Source of the DNA: Veleropilina oligotropha
Lineage: Eukaryota
Length of the DNA stretch: 64,000 bases
NCBI GenBank assembly: GCA_048128005.1
Contig: JBEUKZ010000069.1
Span: 372,001 to 436,000, forward strand
Direction: 5' to 3'
Positions within the stretch are counted from its first letter, which is position 1; every line of letters starts with the position of its first letter. Shown here piece by piece: positions 25,801 through 36,036 of the stretch. The notes beneath the pieces were generated by a model, which did not search any database, was not told where the DNA came from, and was given only the letters and a program-made list of their open reading frames with translations. The position numbers were made by a program, and so were the translations under genes.

Positions 25801-26673
25801 GAAAGACGACCCTGCCCTCCAAGCCCTGAAAAGACGTATCCGCCTCCAGCCCGACAAAGTCCAGTGCCAGGAACTGCGTACGACTCTCCCCAGCTGCCTT
25901 GGATGGGACCGGTTTGTCAAAGCCTGGAAGCCAGGCGACCTAATCCTCACGAGCCGTCAGAAGGTCCGCGAACGGGCTCAACAGCTGTTGCTCCAGAGGC
26001 ACAAGGAGCACTTCCCAGACTCCCAGGTGCCTATCCTGTACCACCCCAGGGACACCCGTAAGCAAAACATCATGGTAACCATTCCGGGCACCGACGAACG
26101 AGAGGAGCTAGTTCTGAACGACGTCGTAGAGGTCACCATTGAGGCCGCCGAAAGGGCTATCCTGACCCCGGATTGGCGCCTGGGCTATGCTCTCACCATC
26201 CATTCAAGCCAGGGTCTTACGATTAACGACCCGCAGCACGTCTGGATCATCGACGACTACCTTCAGTGGAGCAATCTCGCCTACCTAGCCGTGTCCCGGG
26301 TGGAGCATCTGCATCAGCTCGAACGGGTAACCTGTCCTCCGGAGGAGGGTTCTGAGGATAGTCCCCCGCCGCAGAGCAAGCAGCAGCTCCGAAAAAACAT
26401 CCAGAGGAAGCTCGTGGCATACATGCGCCAGGACCAGGCCAAGGATCTCCAGGGATTTAACCTCAAGGTCGAGGACATCCTGCAGCTCAAAGAAGCCCAA
26501 AACAGCCATTGCGCAGCATGTAACATAGAGCTGCTCTGGGCCTACCAGCCCAAAGATACACAGCAGTTCAGTGTCGATCGTGTGGACAACAGCAGGGCCA
26601 CATCCGCGACAACGTGCGCTTAACGTGCCTTGAATGTAACCGAAAAAGAGGGGCTGCTGCGGCTAACGCCTGA
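22807..26673 (+). pseudogene. Replication polyprotein: N-terminal helical (terminal-protein-like) region, OTU-like protease, divergent PolB, SF1 helicase and HNH nuclease; two frameshifts
   Basis: Rho-N/HeH-like start DELHNLAKAYGL..SKLKKNDLIRAI. A +1 shift near 23696 gives PGAITAVVYGLYPLREPNPANLVPMKNGDLNCV. OTU-like GDLNC...ELICHNGHAW. PolB motif A IDMKACYP, B-like SIIGKFTQ, C-like VATDSIY. SF1 motifs GGGGCGKT, IWDEV, CGDQG, YALTIHSSQGLT and YLAVSR. A shift near 26596 restores SVDRVDNSRGHIRDNVRLTCLECN, ending at TGA 26671-26673. Confidence 0.8.
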
Positions 26674-27667
26674 GAACCGGCGGCAGCTGGGTATCACGAG
26701 GCACCACGAGAAGTTCCTCACGAACAAACCCACGCAGGGGTCCATCCAGCAAATAGTAGAGCACAGGCTCGTCAGGCTTAGTGACAGAGCGTCCAAGCCT
26801 GTGAACTTTTAGAGACCACACCGAATCAGTGGCACGGCGACGACCCCCCTCCAGCTCGCCATGGTAGTATAGGTATCGAACATCTACGTCCGAGGGGAGT
26901 TTCTGTTCCTTCCCCTGTTGGCCTGGAACAGTGGAAGAGGGATTTTGGGCAACGCGAGGTGCCTTAATGGCGTCCTTGGGCTTTTTACCGGTGAGGCGGG
27001 TCACTTCCCCATTCAAGGCAGCAACAACGGCGGGCAGCCTGGCCACCCACTCAGTTGACCTTTGACCCTCTTTCGCAGACTCTGCAAACCGCATCTCTTT
27101 TGCATACTGGTGCCCGAAGAGCCGCTCAGCGAGCATCCGGTTGAAGCGCTCCACGATCCCTTGATCGCGATGGATATCCACACGGCCACGCCTAACCTCG
27201 ACGTTATGTGTAGCCAGCAGCTGGGAAACCGCGCCCATAAACTCCCTCCCTGGGTCGACTTGAAGCAGTTTCGGCCAGCTAAGAGGACTCCGCCTGTAGA
27301 TATGGGCTAGTGCTTCAGCAACCCCTTTGGCCTATTTTGTGGCCAGAGGCTCAGCTTCTTTATAGCGACTGGCCACATCAACCACAGTCAGAGCGTACTT
27401 GTACGTTTTACGGCCGACCTTGTCATGGGGCAGAAACAGGAGGTCGGCTTGGTGAACCTCGTTCGGCGCTACAACGTCGAATTTTGGTCTTGGAATCCGC
27501 CGTGGCGCAGGTAAATAGATCTGCCATATAGCCTGCCTCTTAAGCCATGTCCGGGCCTCCACTTCAGACGCCTTGGCAGCCTCAGCTAGTTTCTTTATCG
27601 CGGCAATTCCTTTCCAGTAGCCCTTAGGGCTGTAGTATATCCTCGCAAGCTTACTATCCATCAGCAA
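26663..27667 (-). pseudogene. Retroviral-type (rve) DDE integrase with one in-frame TAG at 27332-27334
   Basis: YYSPKGY N-terminus, HQADL, YALTVVDVASRY, LQVDPGREF and QGIVERFNRML. The two track ORFs share a frame (335 codons in total). Confidence 0.92.
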
Positions 27668-27921
27668 TGTATTCCAGTAAACTGATCAGTCTCCAACAGG
27701 CTTCAGCTTCCGGAGCCGGTCGCTGCGCAGTCGTCGCCCGTAGGTTGGTCGGGCCCGAGAGCACCAGGACCGCGAACCGCACCATAGTCTTTTAGTCGCG
27801 GCGCCAGCAGTCGAGTGACGTAGTACCAAGGCCCACCCCGCTGACCGCAAGCATGGCAAAGTACAGCTCTTCTGGGAGCCCCATTATATAGGCACACGAA
27901 AAAAATGTCCACTGGAAATAA

Positions 27922-28350
27922 TTAGGCGAGCTTGTAGGCTACCAACCCGGTCGCAGCTATCCCCAGGATGACGAAGGTGATCTCTCGCTGTTTTTGGTCG
28001 TCGCTTGGCGTGTTGTAGTCAGACAGGGCGGGCTCAGGGCCACCCCCCAGGCCGGGGTCAAGGTTCTTGCCGGTGATCAATGCATACTCACGGATCGCGG
28101 CGTCAACATCCCGGAATGTGCCAACGGCATGACCCTGGCGGCGAAGTTCAACGTTCAGCCAGTCGAGACGCTCTGCCCTCTTTTGGGACCATTTAGTCTG
28201 AGCGGCGTTGAGCTGCTCTACGGCTTTGTCGTGGCGTTTACGCTCCTCATCAAGACCGGAGCTGCGTAGCTTTGAGAACATGAAGTTGGACCCGCTGAAG
28301 GAGAGGGCGTTGACAAGAGCGCCCCCAACCAGCATCGCTATGGAGGCCAT
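27922..28350 (-). CDS. Viral hypothetical protein: hydrophobic N-terminus, coiled coil and C-terminal TM helix
   Basis: MASIAMLVGGALVNALSF..., EERKRHDKAVEQL, ITFVILGIAATGLVAYKLA; tightly packed with its neighbours. Confidence 0.7.
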   Translation of the reverse strand: MASIAMLVGGALVNALSFSGSNFMFSKLRSSGLDEERKRHDKAVEQLNAAQTKWSQKRAERLDWLNVELRRQGHAVGTFRDVDAAIREYALITGKNLDPGLGGGPEPALSDYNTPSDDQKQREITFVILGIAATGLVAYKLA

Positions 28351-28369
28351 TGTATGCAGTGCTGCGTCT

Positions 28370-28609
28370 CTACTTCAATATGTCGGCCGGAATGATGCCT
28401 TGCTTGATCAGCATATCTTTCATCGCCATGGCGAGCGCTACGTCGAGGACCACCATCCCAACATCATAACCAGTGAAGTCCAGTTTGGGGCTCGCCCCCT
28501 TGAAGGCCATCTTTACCAAGCGCGAGTAGCCAATGGCAAGGCCTGACACTATAGCCGCATGGTAGACTGCATTGCCCAGCATTTTTCCATCAGTGATTGG
28601 GGTAGTCAT
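28370..28609 (-). CDS. Small viral membrane-associated protein (two hydrophobic helices)
   Basis: 79 aa with AAIVSGLAIGY and VGMVVLDVALAMAM; 12-19 bp gaps to adjacent genes. Confidence 0.65.
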   Translation of the reverse strand: MTTPITDGKMLGNAVYHAAIVSGLAIGYSRLVKMAFKGASPKLDFTGYDVGMVVLDVALAMAMKDMLIKQGIIPADILK

Positions 28610-28621
28610 GTTGATGCGAGA

Positions 28622-29077
28622 TTATTGCATATGAAAATGGTTCTGCTGCTTCTTCAATTCGATGGGCGGGGGAGCGACCTGCGGTGCGCGTGGCTGTTGA
28701 TGTGGTGTGGATACACCACTGCTGCGTTTCCAGACAACAAATAACAGCGCAACCGTACCGGCAGCAACGGCTACCTGGGTCCAATTAAATGGGTCCGATT
28801 TCCGTGTATCTGGCGCATGCGGTCTTTCTGCGGCTGGAACAGCCTCCGGCTGTTCTGATGGAATGACAACACTTGGGGCACGCACGTCTTCTTTGAGTCT
28901 TCTAACGTCGGCAAGGAGCCTCTCCTGTTTGGCTTTCCGAGCAGCAGCGCCGGCCCTACCTGCAGCCACCTTTTTCGGGTCCTTTTTACTCACTGATGAG
29001 TCTGAAGTCACCCTCTCTATCGGCTGGCTCTCGATCAGCTGGCTCTCGATCATTTGGTCCACTTCCTGCGTTGTCAT
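28622..29077 (-). CDS. Viral hypothetical protein with a basic segment and one TM helix
   Basis: KKDPKKVAAGRAGAAARKAK and VAVAAGTVALLFVVW; start probably MTTQEV at 29077. Confidence 0.6.
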   Translation of the reverse strand: MTTQEVDQMIESQLIESQPIERVTSDSSVSKKDPKKVAAGRAGAAARKAKQERLLADVRRLKEDVRAPSVVIPSEQPEAVPAAERPHAPDTRKSDPFNWTQVAVAAGTVALLFVVWKRSSGVSTPHQQPRAPQVAPPPIELKKQQNHFHMQ

Positions 29078-29624
29078 CTTGATCTCGCTCTCGCTCTTGC
29101 GATATTTTAGGTGGGCAAACATGTCCAAATTGACTGTGCTTAACAGTTGTCAACATGGCAGTCAGCGGCGCTAGCCACATGCCATACTGATAATACAGCT
29201 CACAGCTTGCACCGCGGAGCGCATGTGAGATGAAAGGGTTGGCCTCGAGGTCAGCGATCAATCATATTTGGTTTTCCGCTGGGATGGGCAAGAACATCCC
29301 AGCTGCACCCGCATAAAGCTGTATAGCAGCAGCCCCCAGGGTTTTCGTCATCTCCGCACCTAACCTCGCTTCATACCGTGCGTGGTGCTTGTCAATCTCA
29401 TCGTCAGTCATATCGTCGATTCGGTCAACCGTGAGGTTTCTCCCCAAGTATTTGCTGGCCTGCCCTCCAATGGCTAATCCGGCAAGCCTCTCCCGTTTCT
29501 TTGTCATCCCTATGGAGCCACTGACAGGTTCCTTGTGCTGCGAGCAGCGTTTGGTCGTCGAGCCATGGCCGGTGACGGTCGTTTCTTCCTCGTCATCCAG
29601 GAGTTGATCGATAAGACTGTCCAT
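28986..29624 (-). pseudogene. Viral hypothetical helical protein with an in-frame TGA at 29262-29264
   Basis: MDSLIDQLL...PAENQI*LIADLEANPFISHAL; the two track ORFs abut in one frame. The true 3' end is uncertain. Confidence 0.55.
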
Positions 29625-29823
29625 CCTGAATCGTTGCCAACATCTTCGGAGCTGTCTAATATAACGGTACAGCCAGTACCACCCCCCCCACGAGTAACAG
29701 CAACATGGCACATTGGCTGCAAGCCAACGCCGCGTATACAGCGTCCGACATAGCAGGATGCTGGGCAGATGCCTAGCTAGCTAAGCAGATGCTAGAGTTT
29801 GCTAAGTAGATGCTGGGTAGATG

Positions 29824-30459
29824 CTAGAGCACACTATACGCAACCGGCTGGTCAGTTTTCAACAGGAGCTTTGTGTGTTTTCTCTCGGCCAACAGCCGGC
29901 GCACCACGGTTCGCTCGTCCCGCGACTCGATGACGTTGTTCTCCCGAAGACAGTCTTCAAAGCTGTCGCGGTCCTTACAATGAAACAGCGCGATCCAGCG
30001 GGTCTGCTCACGTAGCTCTTTCAATACCGAGTTATATTTCTGCGTCACTACCCATACACTCTGTTCGGCGTGCCTGCCGCTGAAGGCCAACAAAGTCAGC
30101 ATATCCCTCCTCTTGGCTAGGGCTTTGCTGGCGGCGCAATCGTCGATGATATATAAAGTTGATTCCCCCTGGAACAGTCTGTAGAACCCCCGCAGCCAGT
30201 CATGGAGTCGCTCACCGGGGGGGATTAGATATACCTCAGGGTCGGTCCAGATCCACGGACAGGACTGGTATGCTTTGTTGTACTTGGTCGTGGGGCAGAG
30301 AATTGCAATGTGCCGGAACACGCCTCGATACTCTCCTTTCAGCAGTTCCAGCATGAAAATCGTCTTCTCACAACCGGTCTGGCCACATATAATTGCGGAG
30401 TGGGGATCAGTGGGGTGCAGAAACCGTCTACTAGTACAGGGCTTCGACGAATCGGCCAT
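29824..30459 (-). CDS. A32/FtsK-HerA-type genome-packaging ATPase, Walker A possibly mutated
   Basis: HSAIICGQTGCEKT (GxxGxGKT with G>E), Walker B YIIDD, and the SGRH...VVTQ motif typical of A32-like ATPases. Confidence 0.9.
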   Translation of the reverse strand: MADSSKPCTSRRFLHPTDPHSAIICGQTGCEKTIFMLELLKGEYRGVFRHIAILCPTTKYNKAYQSCPWIWTDPEVYLIPPGERLHDWLRGFYRLFQGESTLYIIDDCAASKALAKRRDMLTLLAFSGRHAEQSVWVVTQKYNSVLKELREQTRWIALFHCKDRDSFEDCLRENNVIESRDERTVVRRLLAERKHTKLLLKTDQPVAYSVL

Positions 30460-31729
30460 TCTCGATATTCAGCTGTGCGTCCATGATCACGAACTGGTAG
30501 ACGTTCAACGGGCCGGCGGCTTCAGCCGTTTTAGTGATCTGAATAGTAATGCCCTCGCTGACGTTTTCTACCTTCCGGCCTGAACCGTGCAACCGATCGT
30601 CGTCGGTGACCCTCAGGTCGATCCAGAGGGCAAATTTATTCGTCAGGAACTCGCCCAGGGTCATGTCTGCCAGAGCCAAGTCCTTTGCGACCATCGCGAC
30701 CTCAGGATGGCGCTTGCTACCAGAGGCAAATCGTTTGTTTGCTTCTTCCCAGATCTGGTATGAACGCATGCCCTGGCTGTAGAGTTGATTCGGTACACCC
30801 TCAATGGTGACCTCGACCTTTGTGATTTTGGGGTTGTAAAATGACTCGGTGTCCCTCGCGAATGGTTTGGCGCCTCTCGCAGGGTCCTTGAACAGAAGTA
30901 GGATCCCGGTCATGGATCGCGCCGGTGCGTTCACGTTCAAATTCCACAGCGTTTCGCTCTTGTCTCGGGTGACCCTACAATGCCAGAGAACCCGGTCGTA
31001 CAGGATTGCGAGGTGGCCCGAGTACTGGTTGCGTATCAGCCTTGCCAACTCAATGTTGGTGACCATATCATACTCCAGGCTGATATTGTCGATGCTGTAT
31101 CTTGCAGCCGGGTCATCCGTGTCCTTGATCGTCCTCGAATAATCGTTGAATGTGAGTTCATACTCCAAACGGTCCCCAAGTGCACTTTGATAGAACGGCA
31201 TATGGCTTTCCAGCACCTCGAAATCCAACGGGATGCTGAATCGGGGGCTGTAAGCATCCGATATGGCCACATCCTAAGACACTCTGAAGGCACCGTCTGC
31301 GCCGATACGATGCTTCGTAGTATTTTGTCCGTTGCTGGTGTCAATACCCTGGTACTGGGCGTTCTTGCGTTCCTGAGGTGTCTTCCAGAGGTCGCAGTAG
31401 CTGTGATACACGTCGGAGTCGTCTATAGACAGGATTTCGTTGCCGCTGATCTTGATCGTGGTCTTTTTTATCACGGTGCGTCCGATATTCTGAACTATGG
31501 TCCTGTTCGGGTTAGCCGAGGTCAGAGAAATTGTGAATGCAAGGTGGGCAGTCCCTGGAACGATCACGTCATGAGCCCCGAGATTAGGGAACCGAACCAG
31601 GAGCTGCTGGTTGGCGGCTATCGTGGATGGGTTATTGGTTATGGTAACCGACTGGCGAATACCCTTGACCCCAAGAGGCTCTCGAAGTCTGCGGTATGGG
31701 TCAAGCTTGCATCCATATAGGCTGGCCAT
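30431..31729 (-). pseudogene. Probable double-jelly-roll major capsid protein, one in-frame TAG at 31274-31276
   Basis: The two track ORFs share a frame (433 codons). Beta-strand-like alternating patterns (LLVRFP, TTIKISGNEI, LEYELTF, ITKVEVTIEG, LWIDLR). Size and position next to the ATPase fit a Polinton-type MCP; the fold is inferred. Confidence 0.75.
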
Positions 31730-31771
31730 GTTGTTGTCTTAATTAGATGCGTATCCTGTGGTTGTATTCAA

Positions 31772-33054
31772 ATGGCGGAATTCCCGAACCCGGCATTCGA
31801 GCCTGATGAGATCATCGACAACGATGATCTCATCGACAACGATGATACCATCATCGACGATATTGATGTGGATAGATCCACCGACCGGTTTATGCTGGCG
31901 CCACAGGAAGGAACCAGCGGTCTTCGGCAAGAGCTCGTTCAGACAGCGGTTGACGGCTACTACAACGCCCTGGCCAAGGAGGGGCAGACCCCCGCCACAG
32001 GCCGAGATTATTCAAGATTCGATTACGTGAGGGGGAAATTGGTGATGAAGGCCTATCCCGACATCGATCTCATCAATTCTAGCACCGGCAAACCCAAGTC
32101 TTTGGCAACAATAGCCGGCCGGCGTGGTGGGGGTAACGCCATCAGAGATGGGTTGGGTTTCGTAGACTGGAAGCAGGGGGGGGGACAAAAGCTGGTTTCA
32201 AAAGCGGTTGCAGCTCTACAGACAGCCGACAATGAGTTGAGCGGTGCGGCCGCCAATGTAGACACTGTAGAACTGCAGGACTTGGGGCGAACAGCGACAA
32301 AGGCCTCAGAAGCGATCCACAAAATGGAGAAGACGTTCACAGACGCCGAGGTTGAAGAGTTCTTGAACACGATGGGGGACCCTCCATTAAACCTTCGTGA
32401 GCTCCGCGGGCTTGATAAAGCGATGCAGACAATCCGAGGCGAGCTAACCAACAACCTGGCCAAACTAACGGCGCTGGATGAACACATTGCTCTGGAGAAA
32501 AGGAAGCTCGATCAGGCAGATGAAGAGGGCGGTATGGAAGATTTTGTTCGTCGACGGATCGCGGAACGTCTGCGCGACCTACAGGATGAACGAGAAGCTC
32601 GCCTAGAGGCAGCCTCATCAAGCCGGGATGCCCTTCGCTCTCAGATAAGCCGTATCAGAGAAACCATCAACCGCATACTGAATGACGACACAACGCTTGC
32701 CGAGCGTATCCGGACCCTGTTTCGCGAACAGGGGGTGACGATCGCAACCATACTCACCGCTATCGGGCTGGCCATCTCGACGCTGATACTGGCACTAACC
32801 GGTGGAGCAACAAGCCCGCCAACGCCACCACCACCTTCCAGTGGGTCAAAAGGCAGCTGAAGACCTTAGGTCGGATTCTGGGCAAACTAGCGGGGCACGC
32901 TGCAGCCGCACTCCCAGGAATAATTGGAAGCCTGCTTTCCTGGCTTATCAACCTGGTCGGCAAGACAGCGTCGTGGCTTGCTGAAAACCTATGGGCACTG
33001 ATCATATCAGTTGGGGGCTTGCTTCTTATTGCCGCTAGACGGTGGGTCAAGTGA
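31772..33054 (+). pseudogene. Coiled-coil protein with C-terminal membrane helices; frameshift near 32835
   Basis: Acidic N-terminus and long heptad region (RGELTNNLAKL...LRSQISRIRETI), then TIATILTAIGLAISTLILAL. The shifted frame continues WVKRQLKTLGRILGKLAG...LWALIISVGGLLLIAARRWVK to TGA 33052-33054. Confidence 0.7.
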
Positions 33055-34289
33055 GCCAAATGAACGCTAGGCCAACGACGACGCCGCCCACGATAAGTGC
33101 AGTTTTCTCCTCGTCATGTGAGGCAACCCCGGCTGGAACAGCTGCCTGCTCAGCGTTTGGATGCTTCGGAGCATCTGCCCATAAGACTGCGTCTTGTGGA
33201 ATAACCAGTCCTGTTTCTCCAGTCTCCCCAGTGGGTGGAACACTGGCCGCGTTGACCGTAGTGTTAATACCTAGTGTCTGGTCTTCCGTGGCAACGACGA
33301 TTTCGTTGTTATACCCAGCCTCCTGCCCTATTCGCAGGAGCATGTCACTTGGCGCCATGTACAGGCCTACGCCGAATACGAAGTCGACCTTGGACCTGGC
33401 ATACTGTAATACCTCTTGGTACCGTTTGATTGCTGCTGGGAGGTCAACGGGGGATGCGATGGCATCTTCGACGTTCGCCAGGAACTGTTTCTGCGCGTCA
33501 AATGCGGTACCACTCCCCAGAATACTTGTGCGTGTCTGAGCCTGCGCTCCAAGAATAGCCCAGACGTAGGTCCTGATGGAGTCATTGAGCCTTTCCACGC
33601 CGGCCTGGGTAAACCCCACCGACGTGTCCAGAATAAAAGTAGCCCACGAAGTGCCTGCATCCTGTGCGATATAGTCCACATGCAGGTCCTTCGTTTTTGC
33701 GAAGGACATCCAGCTGGGATCGTAATCCTTTCCGATGGAGTGGTAGCCATTGTTCGTCCAGTAGTTGTAGGCGGTGCCTAGTCCGCCGTTGGGACCCTTG
33801 ACACGCCAGTCGGTGTTTGGGGACACTCCAAACTCGCTGCAGATCTTCTCATGTGCTCTGCGGTCATACGGGTTGTCGAATGCATCCCATGTCATGTCTT
33901 GAGGCAGCGGCGCCTGAATTTCGGACAAGAGCCTTCTGACCTGATAGTAGACGTGGAAGGTGAATACGGCTCTGGAGAGGGGGTCGGTCGCATTCAAGTG
34001 GTCTTCTGAGGAGATCCCGGAACCTGTTGTGGCACACCAGACTGCAAAATTGATCTTGTTCTGCCAAAATTGCATGGGCGTGTTTTGCCAGGCCTGGATT
34101 AGCCGGTCACTCGCGAGGGAGGCGGTATTTTTGAAAGACGTCGGGGTATGTTGCCTGGAATGTAGTGGTTGAGCTATTACCCACATTGATGCTTGGTCTT
34201 GTAAGCTGCTCATCCTTGATCTTTGCTGGGTACACCACACCAGTCGGATAGCCCGCACTCCTATTAAAGGCAAAGGCGCTCTTTGCCAT
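33047..34289 (-). pseudogene. Viral hypothetical ~410-aa protein with a C-terminal TM anchor; probable frameshift near 34115
   Basis: Long ORF with INFAVWCATTGSG, ending TALIVGGVVVGLAFIWLT. The overlapping upstream 60-aa ORF MAKSAFAFN... likely supplies the real N-terminus. Confidence 0.65.
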
Positions 34290-34293
34290 AGCT

Positions 34294-35031
34294 ATGTTTC
34301 ACACCGTAACAACTGTTCAAACGGGGACCGCGGTTGCCCTCCTGCAGCCGATTGATAACCGGGAAGGCAAGCTATGTGTCGGCTTGCGGTCGCTCGACTA
34401 CTGGGTCGGCTGGCATAACGTGCACGCTGGAGCCTTCTTCCAAACCCCCAATACCACGGTGGAGGTAGCACCAGGTTTCTACAGCTTCGATTCCCTCGCC
34501 AAGACAATGAAGAGGTCGCTAGTTAACATACAGCTGGAGGTAAGCCATGCTACAGGACTCGCCCGAATCGTGGTCCCAGAGGGGACTCGACTCGCGATAA
34601 GTGACGATATACGGAAGCTCCTCGGCTTAAACCTTTCTTCGTTCATTCTCGATAAATCGGGGAATTTGAATCCACCCCTTCGAGGAGTACGGGGCCGACC
34701 TCCCCCTCCGGAGAGATCCGAGTGGCTACCTCCCGGGACTTATGACGGGGACAAGCCGGTAGGGTTTGCGATAGCCTCGACCCTACACGTCCATCTGGAG
34801 CAGCTCAGTACAACACACAATGTGAAGGACGGCGCCCCTAGCAATATTCTCGCGGTGGTCCCTATAACGTCGCAGATGTTCGGTGAAGCTGCCCACTATC
34901 ATGGTTATCCAGCCCTCCGGCGACTGCAGACCGGTGTTCTCATAGAGTTGAAGGTGTACGTCACAGCCCCAGATGGTAACCCGATCGACAATCACGGTAT
35001 GCCTATTTCCGCAGTCCTTGAGATACAATGA
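34294..35031 (+). CDS. Probable minor capsid protein (penton, single jelly roll)
   Basis: VGLRSLDY, PGFYS, LHVH, DGAPSNILAVVP and ELKVYVTAPDGNPIDNHGMPISAVLEI resemble Polinton penton patterns; 245 aa. Confidence 0.7.
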   Translation: MFHTVTTVQTGTAVALLQPIDNREGKLCVGLRSLDYWVGWHNVHAGAFFQTPNTTVEVAPGFYSFDSLAKTMKRSLVNIQLEVSHATGLARIVVPEGTRLAISDDIRKLLGLNLSSFILDKSGNLNPPLRGVRGRPPPPERSEWLPPGTYDGDKPVGFAIASTLHVHLEQLSTTHNVKDGAPSNILAVVPITSQMFGEAAHYHGYPALRRLQTGVLIELKVYVTAPDGNPIDNHGMPISAVLEIQ

Positions 35032-35402
35032 GCACTAGCATCTATGGGACCCTTCCCCCACCCCTCCCACCCCTGCTTGCAGATGAGCCCTCTTCCCCGA
35101 CCCGGTGGCACTTCGTTCTTAATTGTGGGGAAGCGCCCCAGAAGGGGCTGGCGAAGAGGGAGTTCATGATTCCAAACACTGGAGGCCGGTTCGGGTTGAA
35201 CCCAGCCCTCCTAATGATCCACATGACGCCGGTCCAGCCAGCCGGAGGCAGCCCCAAGGCATGTTCCATGAGTAAGCTGGGCCTGGGTGCAGGCAAGTTG
35301 AGCCTCGCCTTTGCCCTAAAGGCCCCGTGGGTGAACATCTTCTATCTGAACATTACCGTAGACATTGTATCCCAACAGGCGGAACAGTACAGCCACGAAT
35401 AA
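35028..35402 (+). CDS. Viral hypothetical protein
   Basis: Coupled to both neighbours by ATGA and TAATG overlaps. Confidence 0.5.
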   Translation: MSTSIYGTLPPPLPPLLADEPSSPTRWHFVLNCGEAPQKGLAKREFMIPNTGGRFGLNPALLMIHMTPVQPAGGSPKACSMSKLGLGAGKLSLAFALKAPWVNIFYLNITVDIVSQQAEQYSHE

Positions 35403-36036
35403 TGGACAACAAACCCTCAGCACCAACGCTGTACCCACAGCTTGGTGGCGATGTGCCTTCGGAACTGCCGGAGGCACAGTCTTTCCGACTACAGAAAGTG
35501 AATGAGCTCCAGGGACAGTTAGAACGAGAGAGAGAGACATACGGGCTGCCCTGTATAAGAAGTATCGACAAGGCGTTAATGTCGTTGATGGGATCGACTC
35601 GGCCCTGGTCGTGGCCACCCTTGGTATGGGTAGCGCCGGCATTGGTCTACTGTCCACGATCGTTGCCGCACCCGTGGTCCTAGTGCTGGAACTAGCGGCG
35701 TTGGGGTGTGGGCTCGCTAGTATTGGTGGAAAATATATTAGCCGCCGCCTCGGGGTGAAGGCGAAAAAGCACGACGAAATTCGAGTACTGGCCGAAAGCA
35801 AACTTAACACCATAACGGACCACGTCTCAAAGGCCTTAGCGGACGGGGAGATGTCTGATGATGAGTTCCAACTGGTCACAGACGAAATGGCCAAATATCG
35901 GACATTGAAAGCCGCCCTGCGCCTCAAAAGTCTAAAGGCGCACACCACGATTTCACAGACCCAAAGCGAGCTTATTGAGCGTGGCCGTAAAGAGGGTCGC
36001 GCCGACCTACTTAAAAAAATCGGAGTTGGCGACTAA
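35402..36036 (+). pseudogene. Viral protein with coiled coil, hydrophobic hairpin and helical tail; frameshift in a (GA)n run near 35530
   Basis: MDNKPSAPTLYPQL..FRLQKVNELQ. Removing 2 nt from the GA run gives ERERDIRAALYKKY..., joined to LGMGSAGIGLLSTIVAAPVVLVLE...KKHDEIRVLAESKLNTI..SKALADGEMSDDEF. Confidence 0.75.

Noticed and set aside
27332..31276. Programmed readthrough or an alternative genetic code for the in-frame stops
   Set aside because: The stops are of different types, TAG and TGA also end genes normally, and frameshifts co-occur; decay is the simpler explanation.
22529..35948. Many antisense or alternate-frame ORFs within the viral element (e.g. 24728-25822, 30980-31720)
   Set aside because: Shadows of GC-rich coding sequence with no motifs; the opposite frame carries the recognisable protein.
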